Positions 31,755-40,678 of a stretch of 64,000 bases of DNA are shown here, piece after piece. The notes under the pieces are model-generated. The model worked only from the letters and a program-made list of their open reading frames with translations, was not told where the DNA came from and did not search any database. Position 1 is the stretch's first letter. Every line of letters starts with the position of its first letter. The stretch is from an uncultured Bacillota bacterium (GTDB lineage: Bacteria; Bacillota; DTU025; MWDF01): the NCBI GenBank assembly GCA_963823655.1, contig CAWGMK010000010.1, forward strand, positions 288,001 through 352,000, given 5' to 3'. The translations under genes and the position numbers were made by a program.

Positions 31755-32876
31755 CTAAACCGCCTTTACTTCTAGCTTCTTGTCCAGGTCGCGCACAAGA
31801 AGCTGGTAGGCGACAGTCACAATGGGAACGCCCAGCACCATACCCAGCACGCCGAAGAGCCCGCCTCCTACAATTATGACAAGAAGCAGCCACAGAGGCG
31901 GCAGCCCTATAGATTGCCCTACTACCCTGGGGTAGATGATATTGCCCTCTATCTGCTGCAGTATAACGATGAAGAGTATGAACCACAGCGCTTTGACCGG
32001 ATCGATGAGAAGCAGTATGAGTGCGCTCGGTATCGTGCCGATTATGGGGCCGGCAATGGGCACAAGGTTGCTTACACCTATCATGATGCTTATGGGAAGC
32101 GCATAAGGGAAGCCGAATATCATCATGCCGATGAAACAGAGCACACCCAGGATAAGAGCCTCGGTGAGCTGGCCGTATATGAACTTCTTGAACGTGGCGG
32201 TGGTTATGGCCGCGACATCCTCGATGCGCGCTGAGGACTTGGACAGATATGCTCTGTTCGCCCTTATCAGCATCCTTTCGATATTGCGCTTGTCAGCAAG
32301 GATGTAGATGGACAGCACAAACCCGAGGACTATGTCCACGACCGTGCCTATAACGCTGGTTGTGATGGTGAATACCTGCGGCAGGAAACCGGTTAGTATG
32401 GTGCTCAGCTTTTCAGGAAGTTGCTTTATGAAGTTATCGAAGCTGGAAAGGTCCAGGGTACCCAGCTTAAGATAGCTGTTTATCATATTCAGGAAGGAAT
32501 CGATCTGCTCGCGGTATGTAGGATAGTTAGAGGAGAACTGCCGCACGCTGTCTATGAATTGCGGAATTATGTAGTAGAACATGCCTGTGAGCGCCAAAAG
32601 GAATACCAGATGAGCGAGAAGCACCGATGCTATCCTTACTAACTTCTCCGCGCGATCTGATTTGATAACCCTCATCAGCTGCTTTTTTATCCACTCATAC
32701 GGTCCATTGATTATAAATGCCAGGGCAATACCAATGAAAAGAGGGCTCAGCACACCCATCGCCTTGCCCAGGAATGTTAGGATGACGTCGACTTTTACCA
32801 ATGCCGCCGCCATCAGGAGTATTAAAGCTGCCAGTTTCAAATAGCTTTTAAAGAGGCTGGAGTTCAAATGCATCAT
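31755..32876 (-). CDS. AI-2E family transporter (PerM-like)
   Basis: FIYGQL, NLVPIAGP, QQIEGNIIYPRVVG, GGGLFGVLGM. Confidence 0.9.
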   Translation of the reverse strand: MMHLNSSLFKSYLKLAALILLMAAALVKVDVILTFLGKAMGVLSPLFIGIALAFIINGPYEWIKKQLMRVIKSDRAEKLVRIASVLLAHLVFLLALTGMFYYIIPQFIDSVRQFSSNYPTYREQIDSFLNMINSYLKLGTLDLSSFDNFIKQLPEKLSTILTGFLPQVFTITTSVIGTVVDIVLGFVLSIYILADKRNIERMLIRANRAYLSKSSARIEDVAAITTATFKKFIYGQLTEALILGVLCFIGMMIFGFPYALPISIMIGVSNLVPIAGPIIGTIPSALILLLIDPVKALWFILFIVILQQIEGNIIYPRVVGQSIGLPPLWLLLVIIVGGGLFGVLGMVLGVPIVTVAYQLLVRDLDKKLEVKAV

Positions 32877-32917
32877 CCTTCGTCTTTGGGCCACGCTTGA
32901 CCCTAACAAAGATTATA

Positions 32918-33601
32918 TCAGCTGAGGCAGTATTCTAGCGCCTCTGCTACATGCAGGTGCAATGTGTCCAGAAATGGCCTGCCTGCGGGCGGGGTACCGA
33001 CGAGGAGAGGCAGCTCTGTACAGCCGAGTATCACGCCGTCCACATCATATTCATCAGTCATATCCAGAAACCATTTGCGGCTTGCGGCTTCGAACTTCTC
33101 TAGAGCAAGCTCCTCGAAGATGATCCTATTAATCTCGTTCTGGTGATCCTGGGAAGGGACTATTACCTTTATTCCTGCTTTTGCGAAGCCGTTTTGATAG
33201 AAGTCCCCGCCCATCGTATATTTGATGCCGGTCAGTAGCACCTTGCCAAGGCCAAGCCTTGCGGCTTGCCGCGCCGCTGCATCAACTATGCTTATCATGG
33301 GGATTGGGGACCTCGCGTGAACCCTATCGTAGGCGGAGTGGGCCGAATTCGCTGCCATTATCGCAAACTCGGCACCCGCCGCCGCAAGTGCTTCTATGGT
33401 TTCAGAGATGTAGGATGCGTACTCATCGAACCTGCCTTCGTCCTCAAGGTCGGTGTAACGGCCGAAATCCAGGCTCTTTATAACGATTTCAGGATAATAG
33501 TAATCGTGAGCCCTCTCATAATACATCGAGATGATGGATCTGTAATACTCAAGCGTAGATGCAGGACTTATGCCTCCTAATATGCCTATGGTCCTCTTCA
33601 T
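32918..33601 (-). CDS. Asp/Glu racemase family (RacX/YgeA-like), first catalytic Cys absent
   Basis: IGILGGISPAST, AANSAH, ILGCTELP. Confidence 0.88.
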   Translation of the reverse strand: MKRTIGILGGISPASTLEYYRSIISMYYERAHDYYYPEIVIKSLDFGRYTDLEDEGRFDEYASYISETIEALAAAGAEFAIMAANSAHSAYDRVHARSPIPMISIVDAAARQAARLGLGKVLLTGIKYTMGGDFYQNGFAKAGIKVIVPSQDHQNEINRIIFEELALEKFEAASRKWFLDMTDEYDVDGVILGCTELPLLVGTPPAGRPFLDTLHLHVAEALEYCLS

Positions 33602-34107
33602 AATGCATCCTCCTTCGAAACGGGCAACACTTTATAAAAGGAGAACGACTTGTCGTCGATCGCCCTCATTGTGGCCAATACTCCGTCCAGGTGGTCGTAC
33701 TCGTGCTGGATGAGCTCCGAAAGATCACCTTCCAGGCTCATGCTTGCCGGTTTGAACGAGAGGTCCAGGTAATCCACATGGCACCTGCGATGCCTAAGGA
33801 CCTTTACGAAAAGCCCCGGGAAGCACATGCAATCGTCCATGACTTCCATCATCTGATCATCGGGGAATGAAAGCACGGGATTAACCAGGGCGATGGGCGA
33901 ACCCGCATCCATGTAAATGATGCGGCGGAAATGTCCGATTTGAGGCGCGGCAATGGCCCTGCCAAAGCCATAGGTCCTCCTGAATTGCATCATAGTATCT
34001 TTCAGGTCTTCTGCTATCGCTGCCGCTTCGCCCATTTCGGACACTGTCACCGCGCGGCTTGCATCATACAGCGCCGGCTCGCCCAGCCTGAGAATCTTTC
34101 TGACCAT
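33598..34107 (-). CDS. def: Peptide deformylase-like protein with variant motifs
   Basis: GRAIAAPQIG, NP, DDCMCFPG, QHEYDHLDG. Confidence 0.82.
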   Translation of the reverse strand: MVRKILRLGEPALYDASRAVTVSEMGEAAAIAEDLKDTMMQFRRTYGFGRAIAAPQIGHFRRIIYMDAGSPIALVNPVLSFPDDQMMEVMDDCMCFPGLFVKVLRHRRCHVDYLDLSFKPASMSLEGDLSELIQHEYDHLDGVLATMRAIDDKSFSFYKVLPVSKEDAL

Positions 34108-34303
34108 TACTCTCACCTGCAATCATTCAGTTGGCTTTACAAATAATTTATGATACTTCAATTCGTCGGAACGTAATTAAAACCTTTTCCGCATTCCTAA
34201 CAAAAGGGCTTATATACTCATAATATAGTAAAATCCTGCCATCAGTGAAGTAGGCTTTGACTGGGGCTTAGAATGCATAGAGGTAATTGAATAGTAGCAG
34301 TTA

Positions 34304-34321
34304 AAGTGATACAATTCACAA
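34304..34321 (+). promoter_or_regulatory. Rex-like operator upstream of the flavinylation locus
   Basis: AAGTGATACAATTCACAA versus TTGTGAA-N4-TTCACAA (3 mismatches, intact right half). Confidence 0.5.
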
Positions 34322-34359
34322 TAAATGCGACCAATAATCCAATATAAGGAGGAGAAAAA

Positions 34360-35411
34360 ATGCGCAAGTTATCTATGCTTCTGATCGCGGTGCTAATCCT
34401 CGCGGTCTCCGGCGCAGCCGTACTCGCCTACACCAATGGCGTGTTCGAGGGCGAAGCTGACGGATATCTCGGCAAGATAAAGCTGGCCGTAACCGTTGAA
34501 AACGGAGCCGTAAAGGCACTTAAGGTGCTTGAGACCCATGACACTGACGGAATTTTCGGGCCCGCTTTCGAAGAGCTGTCGGCCAAGATCGTCAAGGCCA
34601 ACGGAGTCACCGGCGTAGACGCAGTCTCCGGAGCGACCTATTCGTCAAAGGGTATTTTGGCTGCTACCACCGCTGCTCTGAACAAGGCCGGCGCGGGAAT
34701 CGCGGTTGCTTCAGAGAAGCCTAAGGAAGTTGTCAAGTCAGCACTCCCCGAGGGCGCCAAGTCCGTATATAAGGGACTCGGCAAGACGGTCACATTCAGG
34801 CTCGGCCCCGGCTCCGACTCGGAGAAGGTGCCCGTATACAGCTTCAACATCGTTTTCGCTAGCGTATTGTTCGACAATGCTGGCCGCATCATCGACGCTT
34901 TCGTCGACATGTACGAGATCAGCACCCCGAACTACGACGGTGCGAGCATGCCTCATTTCTCCGGCTGGCCCGGCACACCCGGCTATAACTACACTGACCA
35001 TGAAGCCGAGAAGGTCACCGGCAAGACCGACAACAGCGTCGAGAAGATCACCGCCGAAGTCAACGGCTGGCTCTCGAAGCGCCAGCGCGGCGACTCCTAC
35101 GGCATGAACGCCGCCAACGAGTGGTACAAGCAGATGAATGCCTACCAGGATTTCTTCAGAGGGAAGACCGTTGAAGACATCATCAGGTTCTTCGTCAAGT
35201 ACTGCTCCGACCGCAATGGCCGCCCGATAAAGGCCAATACTACAAACGCAGTGACCTCGCCAAGTTCAATTTGTTGAACGACAGCGAGAAGGCCCTTCTG
35301 GCAGACGTAGTTGCGACCGCCACGATGAGCCTTAACGATGCTCATGGCAACATCCTTGCGGCCCTTCTGGATGCATACAACAACCGCGTCGAGATTGTAG
35401 TATCCAAATAA
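34360..35411 (+). CDS. Secreted two-domain FMN-binding (flavinylated) protein; frameshift near 35252
   Basis: Signal peptide, GVFEGEADGY, VDAVSGAT; second domain ends ADVVATATMSLNDAHGNILAALLDAYNNR in the shifted frame (stop 35411). Confidence 0.85.
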
Positions 35412-35429
35412 CTGTATTAGCTTGACTCT

Positions 35430-35459
35430 AGCCAGCGCCCCAAAGGCGCTGGCTTTTTT
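35430..35459 (+). terminator. Rho-independent terminator
   Basis: AGCCAGCGCC-ccaaa-GGCGCTGGCT followed by a T-run. Confidence 0.8.
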
Positions 35460-35729
35460 ATTTCATGCTGTGATTAATGGGACAATGTGAATATAGTTGC
35501 ATGCGCATGGCTCAAGCCGAAAATGGGCATGGAACATAAGTTGTGCTGCGATGCGTCTTAGTAGTGAAATGAGGGACGAACCGAACTGAACAGATAACAT
35601 TGTGAAGTAAATATTTAAGTACTAAAACTGATACAATGTAATGCGTGCTAGATTATTTATGAGTATAAATGTATGTGATAAAATGAACTACGTAAATGAC
35701 CTAAAACCTATTTATTGGGAGGAAAGACA

Positions 35730-36758
35730 ATGAAAAGAGTAATGTTGGTTGTACTGGCGATCATGCTCGTCTCAGCCGTAGCAGTTACGGCAGCCGACGC
35801 TCCGATAGCCCTTCTCGGCCTCGGACACGTCATCAGCATCAAGAGCTCCAAGGACGCCACGGAGACGGCAACTGCGGTTGGCCAGGTTGATACGGTAATG
35901 GCCGCAGTAGCTTTCGACATCAATGGCAAGATAGTAAAAGTGAGCATCGACAACGCCCAGACGAAGGTCAACTTCGACAAGGCAATGAAGGTTTCTTCCG
36001 ACGTAACAGTCGCCCCCCAGACCAAAGTAGAGATCAAAGAGGGTTACGGCATGGGCAAGGTATCCACGATAAAGCTCGAGTGGTATCAGCAGATGGCCAA
36101 CTTCGAGAAGTGGATGGTCGGCAAGAACATCAACGAGATCAAGGCCCTCAAGGTCAAGACGCGTGATGCTTCCCACACCAACGTTCCCGACATCCCGGAG
36201 CTCACCTCCCTCGTCACGATAACTGTACAGGATTATATTGCAGCCGTAGAGGATGCATGGCTCAACGCAGTCGCAGTAAAAGCGGGCGGAGTCAAGCTCG
36301 GCCTGGGCCAGAACGTATCAATTAAGAGCTCCAAGAGCGCAACCGATACAGTAGCCCCCGTCGCCCAGGTTGACTGCGTAATGACAGCGACCCTGTTCGA
36401 CGCAGCAGGCAAAGTAGTCGAGACCGTTATCGACAACGGCCAGACCAAGGTCAACTTCGACAAGGCCGGCAAAGTAACCTCGGACAAGACCGCCGTCTAC
36501 AAGACCAAGAAGGAAGTCAAGGAAGGCTACGGCATGGCAAAGGTCTCCACCCTGAAGCTCGAGTGGTATCAGCAGATGGAGAACTTCGAAGCTTGGATGG
36601 CGGGCAAGACCGTCGCTGAGATCCAGGCCCTCAAGGTCAAGACCCGCGACGCCTCCCACACCAACGTTCCGGACGTCCCGGAGCTGACTTCTCTCGTCAC
36701 CATCACAGTACAGGATTACATCGCGGCCGTTGCCGAAGCGTTCGTAAACGCCAAGTAA
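35730..36758 (+). CDS. Secreted tandem-duplicated PplA-like putative flavinylated protein
   Basis: Signal peptide; two ~160-aa repeats each with GKIV..IDNxQ, TKxExKEGYGM, EWYQQM..FE.WM.GK, ELTSLVTITVQDY; directly upstream of apbE. Confidence 0.8.
   Translation: MKRVMLVVLAIMLVSAVAVTAADAPIALLGLGHVISIKSSKDATETATAVGQVDTVMAAVAFDINGKIVKVSIDNAQTKVNFDKAMKVSSDVTVAPQTKVEIKEGYGMGKVSTIKLEWYQQMANFEKWMVGKNINEIKALKVKTRDASHTNVPDIPELTSLVTITVQDYIAAVEDAWLNAVAVKAGGVKLGLGQNVSIKSSKSATDTVAPVAQVDCVMTATLFDAAGKVVETVIDNGQTKVNFDKAGKVTSDKTAVYKTKKEVKEGYGMAKVSTLKLEWYQQMENFEAWMAGKTVAEIQALKVKTRDASHTNVPDVPELTSLVTITVQDYIAAVAEAFVNAK
35812..36750 (+). repeat. Intragenic tandem duplication (two units, about 35812-36270 and 36295-36750)
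   Basis: Long shared strings, e.g. AAGCTCGAGTGGTATCAGCAGATGG and GCCCTCAAGGTCAAGAC...TCCCACACCAACGTTCC, occur in both halves. Confidence 0.9.
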
Positions 36759-36859
36759 CCAAGCCCGGACAATAAGGCAGTACAGGGCCTCCTGAAAAGG
36801 GGGCCCTTTGCATGAGCTGTTGCTAAGAAGGCTTCCAACGCTTAATATTGCTAAAGGTG

Positions 36860-37969
36860 ATGATGATGTCGAAAAAGAAGAACTCGATAATAGCGCTGAT
36901 CGCGGCAATCGCACTTATTGGTGCAGGTATTGCGGGCTATTACCTGACGCGCACAAGGTATGAGAAGTACACGGAGAGCATGCTCGATGTGTTCGATACG
37001 GTTATCACGCTTGTGGCATATACGAAAGACGAGGCGGAGTTCATAAAGTACTTCGATTACGCTTACGACCGTCTGCACGAGCTACACAAGCTATATGACT
37101 TCTATAATTCCTACGAAGGCATAAACAACATAGTCACAATTAATGAGAATGCAGGCATATCCCCCGTAGCCGTAGACAAGCAGATAATCGATATGATCCT
37201 GTTCGCAAAGGACTACTACAGCCGCACCGGCGGGAAGACGAACATCGCCATGGGCTCGGTCCTTAGCATCTGGCACCGATACCGCGATGACGGCATCAAT
37301 GACCCCGACAACGCCAAATTGCCAGACATGCAGGAGCTTGTCGCGGCCTCCTTACATACCGACATAAACAATGTAATCGTTGATGAGTCCAACGGCACCG
37401 TCTATCTCAGCGATCCGCTGATGAGCCTGGACGTGGGGGCAGTAGCCAAGGGTTACGCAACCGAGCTTGTCGCAGACGAGCTGGTTGCCATGGGAATGAG
37501 CTCCGGCATGCTCAACTCGGGCGGAAACGTCAAGTCGGTTGGCAAGCCCATGGACGGCATCAGACAGAGGTGGGGAGTAGGCGTCCAAGACCCTGACGCA
37601 TTCATCTTCTCTGATGACGAGGACCTTCTGGACGTAATATTCGTAAATGACGCCGCAGTTGCCAGCAGCGGGGACTACCAGCGCTACTACGAAGTGGACG
37701 GCAAGGTGCTGCACCATCTAATCGACCCTGCCACATTGATGCCCGCCCAGTATTTCCGGGCAGTCACTGTGCTAACCGACGACGCAGGACTGGCCGACTT
37801 CATGTCGACTGCGCTTTTCATGCTTCCTCTAGAAGAGAGCAGGGCGCTAGCGGAAAGCTTCGATAATGTAGAGGCGTTCTGGGTTTTGCCGGACGGTAAG
37901 ATGGACGCAACAAACGGAATGCTAAAGCTTCTCAGAAGCCAGGGGGCGTCTGGCGCAGACAAGCAATAA
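36860..37969 (+). CDS. apbE: FAD:protein FMN transferase (ApbE/FmnB), membrane anchored
   Basis: N-terminal TM helix, FDT, LDVGAVAKGY, SGGN, SSGDYQRY, HHLIDP, ADFMST. Confidence 0.93.
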   Translation: MMMSKKKNSIIALIAAIALIGAGIAGYYLTRTRYEKYTESMLDVFDTVITLVAYTKDEAEFIKYFDYAYDRLHELHKLYDFYNSYEGINNIVTINENAGISPVAVDKQIIDMILFAKDYYSRTGGKTNIAMGSVLSIWHRYRDDGINDPDNAKLPDMQELVAASLHTDINNVIVDESNGTVYLSDPLMSLDVGAVAKGYATELVADELVAMGMSSGMLNSGGNVKSVGKPMDGIRQRWGVGVQDPDAFIFSDDEDLLDVIFVNDAAVASSGDYQRYYEVDGKVLHHLIDPATLMPAQYFRAVTVLTDDAGLADFMSTALFMLPLEESRALAESFDNVEAFWVLPDGKMDATNGMLKLLRSQGASGADKQ

Positions 37970-37992
37970 TGCAAAGGGATTAGAAACGATCG

Positions 37993-38030
37993 GGTCCGGC
38001 GGCATAACAACCGCCGGACCTTTCTTTTTC
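37993..38030 (+). terminator. Rho-independent terminator
   Basis: GGTCCGGCGG-cataacaa-CCGCCGGACC followed by TTTCTTTTT. Confidence 0.8.
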
Positions 38031-38126
38031 TTTGACCCGCGCCCCCACGATAAGCCCTCTCTGATGATTCCTGCTCGCGTAAAGCCCAATTATGAGGGAC
38101 TTCCGCTCGTGCCAAAAAACGGAAAA

Positions 38127-38289
38127 TTTTAATGTCATTAAAAACATAATGGCAGACTGATTATCGCTATGCGACTTTGCATAGCCTTATACTGGAAATC
38201 ATATGCGCCGCTTAGTGCGATTATGGATAAATGTCTATCTGTGATATTTGCTATTGTAAGTTGAATGAGATTCAAATATTATGTCATTA
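38127..38289. promoter_or_regulatory. Candidate operator sites upstream of the XRE-cupin regulator
   Basis: Palindrome TTTTAATGTCATTAAAA (38127-38143) and related TTATGTCATTA (38279-38289). Confidence 0.45.
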
Positions 38290-38330
38290 GAGTTATATCC
38301 GCCTCTGTTCTTTCGACGAAGGAGGATGCC

Positions 38331-38940
38331 ATGCTCGACAAGTACGGTTACATAGGCGAGCGCATCCGCAAGGAGCGCACGAAATACGACTTGAGCCTCT
38401 CTGAGCTAGCAAAAGAGATCGGAGTCTCCGTCTCCCTGCTGAGCCTTGTGGAGAACGGCAAGGCGACGCCCTCCATGACTGTGCTCGACAAGATCTGCTC
38501 ATTTTTCTCAATCCATATGGCATCGCTCTTCGAGGAGGAGACCGGTAACCCGAAAGTGGTGCTGCTCAAAAAGGACAAGCAATTCGAAGTGAAAATAGAC
38601 GAAGCCAGGGCAAGGAGATTCCTCCTGCCTAGAACAGGCGTGCCCATTGAGCCCGTCCTTGTGACCATAGATCCCGGTGCGCCCTATATCGACTTTTCCG
38701 TCCATAAGGGAGTCGAATATGGCTATGTCCTGGAGGGCGCAATAACGGTGGAAGTGGAAGGCGGCGAATCCGTTACGTGCGGCGAAGGGAGATTCCATAT
38801 TCTACAAGGCATCTCAGCCCCACAGGCTGCTGAACCTGTCCACCGAGAAGGCGGTCGGCCTTTGGATGGGAGTGCCCGATGTCAACGACACCGCCGGGCA
38901 TACGGCTTTTTCCGAGGAAGGCAAGAAGGCCAGGCGGTAA
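38331..38940 (+). CDS. XRE-family HTH + cupin transcriptional regulator; frameshift near 38788
   Basis: AAGGAGG RBS; IGERIRKER..LSLSELA..IGVS.SLLSLVENGKATPS; HKGVEYGYVLEG; shifted frame gives GDSIFYKASQPHRLLN. Confidence 0.9.
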
Positions 38941-38959
38941 TATTTTCGGAGGTGTGGCA

Positions 38960-39958
38960 ATGAAGAAGATAATCAACAAGCCCGAAATGGCAGTACCCGA
39001 GATGCTGCAGGGAATGATGAAAGCGCACCCGGGGATAGTCGATGTGCTCCCCGGAACCCAGGCAGTAGTAAGGTGCGACGCGCCCGTTAAGGGCAAAGTG
39101 GCGCTGCTCACAGGCGGCGGAAGCGGACATGAGCCTGCCCACGGAGGCTTCGTCGGCAAGGGATTGCTTGATGCGGCGCTCGCCGGCGCGGTGTTCTGCT
39201 CACCTCCTCTAGATGACGGCATCGCCGCGCTTGAGCGCATCAACGGCGGCGAAGGCGCGCTCTTCATAATCAAGAATTATACCGGCGACATACTTCTCTT
39301 CGACATGCTCGAGGAGGAGGCATCCGACCGCGGCATAAAAGTCAAGAAAGTGCTGGTAAAAGACGACGTGGCTGTGGACAAGCGGGAGGGAACGACGGGA
39401 AGGCGCGGCGTCGCCGGTACCGTGTTCGTGCATAAGATAGCCGGAGCTAAGGCGGCATCTGGCGCTAAGCTCGACGATGTGTACCGCACAGCCGTAAAAG
39501 TCACCGAGAACATGAGGACCATGGGCATGGCTACAAGCCCCTGCCTGGTGCCCGGACGCGACAAGACCAACTTCGAGCTGGGTGAGGGCGAGATGGAAAT
39601 CGGAATCGGCATACACGGCGAGCCCGGCGTAAGGCGCGAGAAGCTGGCAACGGCTGCTTCCATTACATCGGAGCTGCTCGATCGCATAGTGGCTGACCTT
39701 CCATACAAGTCCGGGGACGAAGTCGCGGTCATGGTCAACGGTATGGGCGCAACGCCTCTCATGGAGCTGTACATAATCTTCAACGAGGCAGAGAAATACC
39801 TGGCAGCCAGGGGAATTAAGATTGTGCGCAGCTATGTGGGCGAGTACATGACATCGCTTGAGATGGGCGGCTTCTCCATAACGCTGCTTAAGCTTGATTC
39901 TGAGCTGCTGCCGCTGCTCGACGCCCCCTGCAAAGCCGCAGGTTTGGTGCAGGCATAG
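38960..39958 (+). CDS. dhaK: Dihydroxyacetone kinase subunit K, copy 1 (divergent)
   Basis: GGGSGHEPAH, KNYTGD, GRRGVAG, GIHGEPG, TSLEMGG; FCSPPLDD instead of the FTSPTPDQ seen in copy 2. Confidence 0.9.
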   Translation: MKKIINKPEMAVPEMLQGMMKAHPGIVDVLPGTQAVVRCDAPVKGKVALLTGGGSGHEPAHGGFVGKGLLDAALAGAVFCSPPLDDGIAALERINGGEGALFIIKNYTGDILLFDMLEEEASDRGIKVKKVLVKDDVAVDKREGTTGRRGVAGTVFVHKIAGAKAASGAKLDDVYRTAVKVTENMRTMGMATSPCLVPGRDKTNFELGEGEMEIGIGIHGEPGVRREKLATAASITSELLDRIVADLPYKSGDEVAVMVNGMGATPLMELYIIFNEAEKYLAARGIKIVRSYVGEYMTSLEMGGFSITLLKLDSELLPLLDAPCKAAGLVQA

Positions 39959-39985
39959 ATATCGAAATCTTAGGAGGTCCGGGGC

Positions 39986-40613
39986 ATGTCGATCGAAAGA
40001 GCTGATGTTCTAAAGGCGTTCGCGGCTATGATAGACGCCGTAGATAAAAACAAATCCCTGCTCAACGAGCTGGATTCCACAATAGGCGACGCCGAGCACG
40101 GGATGAACCTGAAAAGGGGCTTCGGCATAATCGCAGATAAGCTGGAAGGGCTTTAGGAGCTTGAGCCCGCGATGATCATAAAGAAGGCGGGGACAGCGCT
40201 GGCAGGCGCCGGATGCGGATCAGGCCCCATATTCTACGGCCTTAGGCATTAGGGCCGCGGGCGATGCCCTCATCAAGAACGGCGGGGCCGGGCCCATGGA
40301 AGTCTCCGAGGCACTAACTGCCGCGCTCGACGTCATAAAGGAGAAGGGTGGGGCGAGCGTCGGCCAGAAGACGATGGTTGACGCAATAGAACCGGCAGCC
40401 CTTGCTTTCAGGAAAGCCGCAGATGCGGGGCTCGACATGAGATCGTGCTTCGATGCCGCAGTTGATGCCGCCAAGGTTGGCATGGAAGCGACGGCGAAGA
40501 TGGTCGGCATGAAGGGCAGAGGCTTCCATGCAGGCGAGCGCGGCCTGGACCATCAGGATCCGGGCGCCACATCGGCTTACATGCTTCTTAAGAGCATAAG
40601 GGACATAATCTAA
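39986..40613 (+). CDS. dhaL: Dihydroxyacetone kinase subunit L, copy 1 (divergent); in-frame TAG at 40154 and frameshift near 40241
   Basis: AGGAGG RBS, LNELDSTIGDAEHGMNL.RGF, GSGPIFYG, GQKTMVDA, KGRG...GER...HQDPGATS. Confidence 0.82.
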
Positions 40614-40678
40614 CACAGGTATTTCCATGGGGGACCCATGTGGAATATAGGCAAATCGAAAAAGTAGGAGGCAATAAT

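Noticed and set aside
35812-36750. Recurring 20-30 nt identical strings as a possible CRISPR or DGR template/variable repeat pair
   Set aside because: Two in-frame protein repeats with mainly synonymous differences; no spacers, cas genes, reverse transcriptase or adenine-specific variation
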